DNA from: Dipteris shenzhenensis
Lineage: Eukaryota
NCBI GenBank assembly: GCA_047967505.1
Contig: CM106538.1
Strand: one strand, 5' to 3'
Length of the DNA stretch: 64,000 nt
A program made the position numbers and the translations under genes. The notes under the pieces were generated by a model. The model had not been told where the DNA came from, searched no databases, and worked only from the letters and a program-made list of their open reading frames with translations. Below, piece after piece: positions 1-12,239 of this stretch (positions within the stretch are counted from its first letter, which is position 1; the number at the start of each line of letters is the position of its first letter).

Positions 1-3000
1 ATGGCAGTGATGCCAATCTCATGCAGGCACCTACATAATGACACTAAGATCAACAAACTCACATGTGGACACCATTCTCCTATGATCACTGGAATACCCC
101 ACCTAGAATAGTAGGGTAAACATTTGTACAAGTGGAGAATGGCAGGGTGCCGATCTATTATTAGGCCCTAGAAAATGGCATTGAGAAGCCTAAACTCACA
201 TGTGCATGCTTCTCAATGCCATTTTCTAGGGCCTAATAAGAGATTGGCACCACTGGAGAATGGATTTGTGTCAATCTTTGTGGAGAATGCCACCAGTGGA
301 GAATGACAGTGGTGCCAATCTCATACCAAGACCTTAAAAATGGCACAAGGAATCCTAAACTCACATGTGCATTGGCACTCTTGCCATTATACTACTGCAC
401 CCAATAAAATTTGTGGAATGTCAATCTACAAGTTTAGTTTATCTAGACTGCCACCAGTGGAGAATTGAACTGATGCCAATCACATGCAGGCAACTACATA
501 ATGACACTGAGATCCTCAGACTCACATGTGGATTGGAATCGGGCACCATTCTCCTATGATCCTTGGAATACCCCTCCTAGAATATTAGGGTAAAGATTTG
601 TACCAACGGAGAATGGCAGTGGTGCCAATCTCTTATTAGGCCCTAGAAAATGGCACTGTGAAGCCTAAACTCACATGTGCAACCAATAAAATTAGTGGAA
701 TGTCAATCTATAGGTTTTGTCTAGATTACCACTAGTGGAGAAGCCTAAACTCACATGTGCATTCTTCTATGTAGTGATCACTGTCTCCGCTGTGTACAAA
801 TGTTCACCACTCTCCTATGATCACTGGAATACCCCTCCTAGAATAGTAGGGTAAACATTTGTACAAGTGGAGAAAAGTGGTGCCAATCTCATACCATGAC
901 CTGAAAACATGCACAAGGAATCCTAAACTCACATGTGCATTGGCACTTTTGCCATTATCCTACTGCAGCCAATAAAATTAGTGGAATGTCAATCTATAGG
1001 TTCAGTTTGTCTAGATTACCACTAGCGGAGAATGGCAGTGGTGCCAATCTCTTATTACGCCCTAAGAAATGGCATTGAGAAGCCTAAACTCACATGTGCA
1101 TTCTTCTATGTAGTGATCACTCTCTCCGCTGTGTAGAGATCATATGGAATTGTGTCAATCTCTTATAAGGCAGTGGAATGTCAATCTATAGGTTTAGTTT
1201 GTCTAGACTACCACTAGTGGAGAATGGCAGTGATGCCAAACTCATGTTGGCACCTACATAATGACACTAAGATCATCAAACTCACATGTGGAATGGAATC
1301 GGACACCACTCTCCTATGATCACAGGAATACCCCTCCTAGAATAGTACGGTAAACATTTGTCATTGAGAAGCCTAAACTCACATGTGCATTCTTCTATGT
1401 AGTGATCACTGTCTCCGCTGTGCAGAGATCATATGGAATTGTGTCAATCTCTGTGGAGAATACCACCAGTGGAGAATGGTAGTGGTGCCAATCTCATACC
1501 ATGACCTGCAAACATGCACAAGGAATCCTAAACTCACATGTGCATTCTTCTATGTAGAGATCACTGTCTCCGCTGTGTAGAGATCATATGGAATTGTGTC
1601 AATCTCTGAGTTCATCAAACTCACATGTTGATTGGAATCGGACACCACTCTCCTATGATCACTGGAATACCCCTCCTAGAATAGTAGGGTCAACATTTGT
1701 ACAAGTGGAGAATGGCAGTGGTGCCAATCTCTTATTAGGCCCTAAGAAATGGGAAGCCTAAACTCACATGTGCATTCTTCTATGTAGTGATCACTGTCTC
1801 CACTGTGCAGAGATCATATGGAATTGTGTCAATCTCTGTGGAGAATGCCACCAGTGGAGAATGGCAGTGGTGCCAATCTCATACCATGACCTGATAACAT
1901 GCACAAGGAATCCTAAACTCACATGTGCATTGGCACTTTTGCCATTATAGAATGCCACCAGTGGAGAATGGCAATGTTGCACAAGGAATCCTAAACTCAC
2001 ATGTGCATTCTTCTATGTAGTGATCATTGTCTCCGCTGTGTAGAGATCATATGGAATTGTGTCAATCTCTGAGTTCATCAAACTCACATGTGGATTGGAA
2101 TCGGACACCACTTTCCTATGATCACTGGAATACCCCTCCTAGAATAATAGGGTGAACATTTGTACAATTGGAGAATGGCAGTGGTGCCAATCTCTTATTA
2201 GGCCCTAAGAAATGTCATTGAGAAGCCTAAACTCACATGTGCATTCTTCTATGTAGTGATCACTATCTCCGCTGTGCAGAGATCATATGGAATTGTGTCA
2301 ATCTCTGTGGAGAATGCCACCAGTGGAGAATGGCAGTGGTTCCAATCTCATACCATGACCTGATAACATGCACAAGGAATCCTAAACTCACATGTGCATT
2401 CTTCTATGTAGAGATCACTGTCTCCGCTGTGTAGAGATCATATGGAATTGTGTCAATCTCTGAGTTCATCAAACTCACATGTGGATTGGAATCGGACACC
2501 ACTCTCCTATGATCACTGGAATACCCCTCCTAGAATAGTAGGGTGAACATTTGTACAAGTGGAGAATGACAGTGGTGCCAATCTCTTATTAGGCCCTAAG
2601 AAATATCATTGAGAAGCCTAAACTCACATGTGCATTCTTCTATGTAGTGATCATTGTCTCCGCTGTGTAGAGATCATATGGAATTGTGTCAATCTCTTAT
2701 TAGGCCCTAGAATGTCAATCTATAGGTTTAGTTTGTCTAGACTACCACTAATGGAGAATGGCAGTGATGCCAAACTCATGCTGGCACCTACATAATGACA
2801 CTGAGTTCGTCAAACTCACATGTGGATTGGAATCGGACACCACTCTCCTATGATCACTGGAATACCCCTCCTAGAATAGTAGGGTAAACATTTGTACAAG
2901 TGGAGAATGGAAGTGGTGCCATTCTCTTATTAGGCCCTAAGAACTGGCATTGAGAAGCCTAAACTCACATGTGCATTCTTCTATGTAGTAATCACTGTCT

Positions 3001-6000
3001 CCGCTGTGCAGAGATCATATGGAATTGTGTCAATCTCTGTGGAGAATGCCACCAGTGGAGAATGGCAGTGGTGCCAATCTCATACCATGACCTGAAAACA
3101 TGCACAAGGAATGTCTAGATTACCACTAGCGGAGAATGGCAGTGATGCCAATCTCATGATGGCAACTACATAATGACACTGAGATCATCAAACTCACATG
3201 TGGAATGGAATAGGACACAACTCTCCTATGATCACTTGAATAACCCTCCTAGAATAGAAGGGTCAACATTTGTACAAGTGGTGCCAATCTCTTATTAGGC
3301 CCTAAGAAATGTCATTGAGAAGCCTAAACGCACATGTGCAGGGATCATATGGAATTGTGTCAATCTCTGTGGAGAATGCCACCAGTGGAGAATGGCAGTG
3401 GTGCCAATCTCACACCATGACCTGAAAACATGCACAAGGAATCCTAAACTCACATGTGCATTCTTCTATGTAGTGATCACTGTCTCCGTTGTGTAGAGAT
3501 CATATGGAATTGTGTCAATCTCTTATTAGGCCCTGGAATGTCAATCTATAGGTTTAGTTTGTCTAGACTAGCACTAGTGGAGAATGGCAGTGATGCCAAA
3601 CTCATGCTGGCACCTACATAATGACACTGAGATCATCAAACTCACACGTGGAATGGAATCGGACACCACTCTCCTATGATCACAGGAATACCCCTCCTAG
3701 AATAGTAGGGTAAACATTTGTCATTGAGAAGCCTAAACTCACATGTGCATACTTCTATGTAGTGATCACTATCTTCGCTGTGTAGAGATCATATGGAATT
3801 GTGTCAATCTCTGTGGAGAATGCCACCAGTGGAGAATGGTAGTGGTGCCAATCTCATACCATGACCTGCAAACATGCACAAGGAATCCTAATCCCACATG
3901 TGCATTCTTCTATGGAATACCCCTCCTAGAATAGTAGGGTGAACATTTGTACAAGTGGAGAATGGCAGTGGTGCCAATCTCTTATTAGGCCCTAAGAAAT
4001 GGCATTGAGAAGCCTAAACTCACATGTGCATTCTTCTATGTAGTGATCACTGTCTCCGCTTTGTAGAGATCATATGGAATTGTGTCAATCTCTGTGGAGA
4101 ATGCCACCAGTGGAGAATGGCAGTGGTGCCAATCTCATACCATGACCTGAAAACATGCACAAGGAATCCTAAACTCACATGTGCATTGGCACTTTTGCCA
4201 TTATCCTACTGCAGCCAATAAAATTAGTGGAATGTCAATCTATAGGTTCAGTTTGTCTAGATTACCACTAGCCGAGAATGGCAGTGATGCCAATGGCAAC
4301 TACATAAAGACACTGAGATAATCAAACTCACATGTGGAATGGAATAGGACACCACTCTCCTATGATCACTTGAATAACCCTCCTAGAATAGTAGGGTAAA
4401 CATTTGTACAAGTGGTGCCAATCTCTTATTAGGCCCGAAGAAATGGCATTGAGAAGCCTAAACTCACATGTGCAGAGATCATATGGAATTGTGTCGATCT
4501 CTGTGGAGAATGCCACCAGTGGAGAATGGCAGTGGTGCCAATCTCATACCATGACCTGAAAACATGCACAAGGAATCCTAAACTCACATGTGCATTCTTC
4601 TATGTAGTGATCACTGTCTCCGCTGTGTAGAGATCATATGGAATCCTAAACTCACATGTAGAAGGAGGGAAATTGTGTCAATCTCTGAGATCATCAAACT
4701 CACATGTGGATTGGAATCGGACACCACTCTCCTATGATCACTGGAATACCCCTCCTAGAATAGTAGGTGAACATTTGTACAAGTGGAGAATGGTAGTGGT
4801 GCCAATTATTAGGCCCTAAGAAATGGCATTGAGAAGCCTAAACTCACATGTGCATTCTTCTGTGTAGTGATCACTGTCTCCGCTGTGCAGAGATCATATG
4901 GAATTGTGTCAATCTCTGTGGAGAATGCCACCAGTGGAGAATGGCAGTGGTGCCAATCTCATACCATGACCTGATAACATGCACAAGGAATCCTAAACTC
5001 ACATGTGCATTGGCACTTTTGCCATTATAGAATGCCACCAGTGGAGAATGGCAGTGATGCACAAGGAATCCTAAACTCACATGTGCATTCTTCTATGTAG
5101 TGATCACTGTCTCCGCTGTGTAGAGATCATATGGAATTGTGTCAATCTCTGAGTTCATCAAACTCACATGTGGATTGGAATCGGAAACCACTCTCCTATG
5201 ATCACTGGAATACCCCTCCTAGAATAGTAGGGTGAACATTTGTACAAGTGGAGAATGGCAGTGGTGCCAATCTCTTATTAGGCCCTAAGAAATGGCATTG
5301 AGAAGCGTAAACTCACATGTGCATTCTTCTATGTAGTGATCACTGTCTCCGCTATGTAGAGATCATATGGAATTGTGTTAATCTCTGTGGAGAATGCCAT
5401 GAGTGGAGAATGGCAGTGGTGCCAATCTCATACCATGACCTAAAAACATGCACAAGGAATCCTAAACTCACATGTGCATTGGCACTTTTGCCATTATCCT
5501 ACTGGAGCCAATAAAATTAGTGGAATGTCAATCTATAGGTTCAGTTTGTCTAGACTACCACTAGCGGAGAATGGCAGTGATGCCAACATGCTTGCAACTA
5601 CATAATGACACTGAGATCATCAAACTCACATGTGGAATGGAATAGGACACCACTCTCCTATGATCACTGGAATACCCCTCCTAGGATAGTAGGGTAAACA
5701 TTTGTACAAGTGGAGAATGGTAGTGGTGCCAATCTCTTATAAGGCCCTAAGAAACGGCATTGAGAAGCCTAAACTCACATGTGCAGAGATCATATGGAAT
5801 TGTGTCAATCTCTGTGGAGAATGCCACCAGTGGAGAATGGCAGTGGTGCCAATCTCATACCATGACCTTAAAACAGCACAAGGAATCCTAAACTCACATG
5901 TGGAATGGAATAGGACACCACTCTCCTATGATCACTTGAATAACCCTCCTAGAATAGTAGGGTAAACATTTGTACAAGTGGTGCCAATCTCTTATTAGGC

Positions 6001-9000
6001 CCTAAGAAATGGCATTGAGGAGCCTAAACTCACATGTGCAGAGATCATATGGAATTGTGCCAATCTCTGTGGAGAATGCCACCAGTGGAGAATGGCAGTG
6101 GTGCCAATCTCATACCATGACCTGAAAACATGCACAAGGAATCCTAAACTCACATGTGCATTCTTCTATGTAGTGATCACTATCTCCGCTATGTAGAGAT
6201 CATATAAAATTATGTCAATCTCTTATTAGGCCCTAGAATGTCAATCTATAGGTTTAGTTTGTCTAGACTACCACTAGTGGAGAATGGCAGTGATGCCAAA
6301 CTCATGCTGGCACCTACATAATGACACTGAGATCATCAAGCTCACATGTGGAATGGAATTGGACACCACTCTCCTATGATCACAGGAATACCCCTCCTAG
6401 AATAGTAGGGTAAACATTTGTCATTGAGAAGCCTAAACTCACATGTGCATTCTTCGATGTAGTGATCACTGTCTCCACTGTGTAGAGATCATATAGAATT
6501 GTGTCAATCTCTGTGGAGAATGCCACCACTGGAGAATGGTAGTGGTGCCAATCTCATACCATGACCTGCAAACATGCACAACGAATCCTAAACTCACATG
6601 TGCATTCTTCTATGGAATACCCCTCCTAGAATAGTAGGGTGAACATTTGTACAAGTGGAGAATGGCAGCGGTGCCAATCTCTTATTAGGCCCTAAGAAAT
6701 GGCATTGAGAAGCCTAAACTCACATGTGCATTCTTCTATGTAGTGATCACTGTCTCTGCTGTGCAGAGATCATATGGAATTGTGTCAATCTCTATGGAGA
6801 ATGCTACCAGTGGAGAATGGCAGTGGTGCCAATCTCATACCATGACCTGAAAACATGCACAAGGAATCTTAAACTCACATGTGCATTGGCACTTTTGCCA
6901 TTATCCTACTGCAGCCAATAAAATTAGTGGAATGTCAATCTATAGGTTCAGTTTGTCTAGATTACCACTAGCGGAGAATGGCAGTGATGCCAATCTCATG
7001 ATGGCAACTACATAATGACACTGAGATCATCAAACTCACATGTGGAATGGAATAGGACACCACTCTCCTATGATCACTTGAATAACCCTCCTAGAATAGT
7101 AGGGTAAACATTTGTACAAGTGGTGCCAATCTCTTATTAGGTTCGAAGAAATGGCATTGAGAAGCCTAAACTCACATGTGCAGAGATCATATGGAATTGT
7201 GTCGATCTCTGTGGAGAATGCCACCAGTGGAGAATGGCAGTGGTGCCAATCTCATACCATGACCTGAAAACATGCATAAGGAATCCTAAACTCACATGTG
7301 CATTCTTCTATGTAGTGATCACTATCTCCGTTGTGTAGAGATCATATGGAATTGTGTCAATCTCTATGGAGAATGCCACCAGTGGAGAATGGTAGTGGTG
7401 CCAATCTCATACCATGACCTGAAAACATGCACAAGGAATCCTAAACATGTCTCCGCTATGTAGACATCATATGGAATTGTGTCAATCTCTGTGGAGAATG
7501 CCACCAGTGGAGAATGGCAGTGGTGCCAATCTCATACCATGACCTGAAAACATGCACAAGGAATCCTAAACTCACATGTGCATTGGCAATTTTGCCATTA
7601 TCCTACTACCATTGTCTGCTAGTGGTAATGTGCATTCTTCTATGTAGTGATCACTGTCTCCGCTGTGTAGAGATCATATGGAATTGTGCCAATCGCTGTG
7701 GAGAATGCCACCAATGGAGAATGGTAGTGGTGCCAATCTCATACCATGATCTGCAAACATGCACGAGGAATCCTAAACTCACATGTGCATTCTTCAATGT
7801 AGAGATCATTGTCTCCGCTGTGTAGAGATCATATGGAATTGTGTCAATCTCTGAGTTCATCAAACTCACATGTGGATTGGAATCGGACACCACTCTCCTA
7901 TGATCATTGGAATACCCCTCCTAGAATAGTAGGGTGAACATTTGTACAAGTGGAGAATGGCAGTGGTGCCAATCTCTTATTAGGCCCTAAGAAATGGCAT
8001 TGAGAAGCCTAAACTCACATGTGCATTCTTCTTTGTAGTGATCACTGTCTCCATTGTGTAGAGATCATATGGAATTGTGTCAATCTCTTATTAGGCCCTG
8101 GAATGTCAATCTATAGGTTTCGTTTGTCTAGACTACCACTAGTGGAGAATGGCAGTGCTGCCAAAGTCATGCTGGCACCTACATAATGACACTGAGTTCA
8201 TCAAACTCACATGTGGATTGGAATCGGACACCACTCTCCTATGATCACTGGAATACCCCTCCTAGAATAGTAGGGTAAACATTTGTACAAGAGAATGGTA
8301 GTGGTGCCAATCTCTTATTAAGCCCTAAGAAATGGAAATGAGAAGCCTAAACTCACATGTGCATTCTTCTATGTAGTGATCACTATCTCCGCTGTGTAGA
8401 GATCATATGGAATTGTGTCAATCTCTGTGGAGAATGCCACTAGTGGAGAATGGCAGTGGTGCCAATCTCATACCATGACCTGAAAACATGCACAAGGAAT
8501 CATAAACTCACATGTGGATTAGCACTTTTGCCATTATAGAATGCCACCAATGGACAATGCAGTGGTGCACAAGGAATCCTAAGCTCACATGTGCATTCTT
8601 TTATGTAGTGATCACTGTCTCCGCTGTGTAGAGATCATATGGAATTGTGTCAATCTCTGAGATCATCAAACTCACATGTGGATTGTAATCGGACTTGTAA
8701 TCGGACACCACTCTCCTATGATCACTGGAATACCCCTCCTAGAATAGTAGGGTAAACATTTGTACAAGTGGAGAATGGCAGTGGTGCCAATCTCTTATTA
8801 GGCCTTAAGAAATGTCATTGAGAAGCCTAAACTCACATGTGCAGAGACCATATGGAATTGTGTCAATCTCTGTGGAGAATGCCACCAGTGGAGAATGGTA
8901 GTGGTTCCAATCTCACCTAATGACCTGAAAACATGCACAAGGAATCCTAAACTCACATGTGCATTGGCACTTTTGCCATTATTCTATTGCCATTCTCCGC

Positions 9001-11950
9001 TAGTGGTAATATGCATTCTTCTATGTAGTGATCACTCTCTCCACTGTGTAGAGATCATATGGATTTGTGTCAATCTCTGTGGAGAATGCCACCAGTGGAG
9101 AATGGCAGTGGTGCCATTCTCATACCATGACTTGAAAACATGCACAAGGAATCCTAAACTCACATGTGCATTGGCACTTTTGCAATTATCCTACTGCCAT
9201 TCTCCGCCGCTAGTGCTAATGTGCATTCTTCTATGTAGTGATCACTGTCTCCGCTGTGTAGAGATCATATGGATTTGTGTCAATCTCTATGGAGAATGCC
9301 ACCAGTGCAGAATGGCAGTGGTGCCAATTTCATACCATGATCTGAAAACATGTACAAGGAATCCTAAACTCACATGTGCATTGGCACTTTTGCCATTATC
9401 CTATTGCCATTGTCCGCTAGTGGTAATATGCATTCTTCTATGTAGTGATCACAGTCTCTGATGTGTAGATATCATATGGAATTGTGTCAATCTCTGTGGA
9501 GAATGGCAGTTGTGCCAATCTCATACCATGACCTGAAAACATGCACAAGGAATCCTAAACTCACATGTGCATTGGCACTCTTGCCATTATCCTACTGCAG
9601 CCAATAAAATTAGTGGAATGTGAATCTATAGGTTTAATTTGTCTAGATTACCACTAGCGGAGAATGGCAGTGATTGCCAATCTCATGCTTGCCCTAAGAA
9701 ATGGCATTGAGAATCCTAAACTCACATGTGCATTCTTCTATGTAGTGATCATTGTCTTCGCTGTGTAGAGATCATATGGAATTGTGTCAATCTCTTATTA
9801 GGCCAATCTCTTATTAGGAGAATGGCAGTGGTGCCAATCTCATACCATGACCTGAAAACATGCACAAGGAATTGTAAACTCACATGTGCATTGGCACTTT
9901 TGCCATTATCCTACTACCATTCTCCGCTAGTGGTAATGTGCATTCTTCTATGTAGTGATCACTGTCTCCGCTGTGTAGAGATCATATGGATTTGTGTCAA
10001 TCTCTATGGAGAATGCCACCAGTGGAGAATGGCAGTGGTGCCAATCTCATACTAGGACCTGAAAACATGCACAAGGAATCCCAAACTCACATGTGCATTG
10101 GCACTTTTGCCATTATCCTACTGCCATTCTCCGCTAGTGGTAATGTGCATTCTTCTATGTAGTGATAACTGTCTCTGCTGTGTAGAGATCATATGGAATT
10201 GTGTCAATCTCTGTGGAGAATGCCACCAGTGGAGAATGGTAGTGGTGCCAATCTCATACCATGACCTGAAAACATGCACAAGGAATCCTAAACTCAGATG
10301 TGGATTGGCACTTTTGCCATTATAGAATGCCACCAGTGGAGAATGGCAGTGGTGCACAAGGAATCCTAAACTCACATGTGCATTCTTCTATGTAGTGATC
10401 ACTGTCTCCGCTATGTAGAGATCATATGGAATTATGTCAATCTCTGAGATCATCAAACTCACATGTGGATTGGAATCGGACACCACTCTCCTATGATCAC
10501 TAGAATACCCCTTCTAGAATAGTAGGATAAACATTTGTACAAGTGGAGAATGGTAGTGGTGCCAATCTCTTATTAGGCCATAAGAAATGTCATTGAGAAG
10601 CCTAAACTCACATGGCCAATAAAATTAATGGAATGTCAATCTATAGGTTCAGTTTGTCTAGATTACCACTATTGGAGAATGGCAGTGATGCCAATCTCAT
10701 GCTGTCTAGACTACCACTAGTGTTAGGCCTAAGAAATTGCATTGAGAAGCCTAAACTCACATGTGCATTCTTCTATGTAGTGATCACTATCTCCGCTGTG
10801 CAGAGATCATATGGATTTGTGTCAATCTTTGTCGAGAATGCCACCGGTGGAGAATGGTAGTGGTGCCAATCTCATACCATGACCTGAAAACATGCACATC
10901 CTAAACCCACATGTGCATTGGCACTTTTGCCATTATCCTACTGCAGCCAATAAAATTAGTGGAATGTCAATCTATCGATTTAGTTTGTCTAGATTACCAC
11001 TAGTAGAGAATGGCAGTGATGCCAAACTCATGCTGGCCCTAAGAAATGGCATTGAGAATCCTAAACTCATGTGTGCATTCTTGTAGAGACTACCACTAGT
11101 GGGGAATGGCAGTGATGTCAATCTCATGCTGGCAACTATATAATGACATTGAGATCATCAAACTCACATTTGGACACCACTCTCCTATGATCACTGGAAT
11201 ACCCCTCTTAGAATAGTAGGGTAAACATTTGTACAAGTGGAGAATGGCAGGGGTGCCAATCTCTTATTAGGCCCTAAATAAATGGCATTGAGAAGCCTAA
11301 ACTCACATGTGCATTCTTCTATGTAGTGATCACTGTCGCCGCTGTGTAGATATCATATGGAATTGTGTCAATCTCTGTGGAGAATGGCAGTGGTGCCAAT
11401 CTCATAGCATGACCTGAAAACATGCACAAGGAATTCTAAACTCACATGTGCATTGCCACTTTTGCCATTATCCTACTGCAGCCAATAAAATTAGTGGAAT
11501 GTCTAGACTACCACTAGTGGAGAATGGTAGTGATGCCAATCTCATGCTAGAACCTACGTAATCACACTGAGATCATCAAACTCACATGTGGATTGGTAGG
11601 ACACCACTCTACTAGAATACCCCTCCTAGAATAGTAGGATAAACATTTGTACAAGTGGAGAATGGCAGTGGTGCCAGTCTCTTATTAGGCCCTAGAAAAT
11701 GGCATTGAGAAGCCTAAACTCACATGTGCATTCTTATTAGCATCAGTGCCCTTCTCTAGAAGGTCAGGTGAGAAAACTCTCATGTGATAACCTTCACATA
11801 AGGAGAATGGCACTGGTGCCATTCTCTGATTCTCTGCAATCCATGTAATGAATCGAACTTCTGCCATTCTCCTTAACATCATGGAGGATGGCACCAGTGG
11901 CATTATCCTGAAACTCTCACGGAGGATGGCACTTGTGCCATTGTGAACAA
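1..11950. repeat. Complex satellite-like array; ancestral ~465-bp trimer of ~155/161/149-bp monomers, heavily shuffled, open at window start
   Basis: Recurrent boxes GGAGAATGGCAGTGGTGCCAATCTC and AAACTCACATGTG throughout; near-complete trimers at ~5250-5711 and ~6657-7120; copies decay toward 11,700-12,030. Confidence 0.97.
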
Positions 11951-12239
11951 ACTCACAATCCATGTGTTCAATGGCATTTGTGACACTCTTCTAACATCAT
12001 ATTATGTTGGAGAATGGCACGAATACCATTCTTTATTATAACCATCTTAACTTTGATATTGTGTATATTTGCTTACTGTGTTGGTGTAGTTTTTCATAAT
12101 GCATATATAAGTTGCTTCGCCTTGGTTATTTTGTTAATAGAAGTTGCATTGTGGTTGTAATATTTCCTACTACAGTTATGATTTTCTATTATACATTTCA
12201 TTGTGTCCTTGGTTCTTTTGTTAACAGAACATTGCAAGA

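Noticed and set aside
365-11086. Many Cys-rich ORFs (MCILLCSDHC..)
   Set aside because: Translations of the repeat; frames break arbitrarily between copies
1-11950. CRISPR array (palindromic repeat with 34-bp spacers)
   Set aside because: Only three recurring spacers rather than unique ones, no cas genes, eukaryotic context
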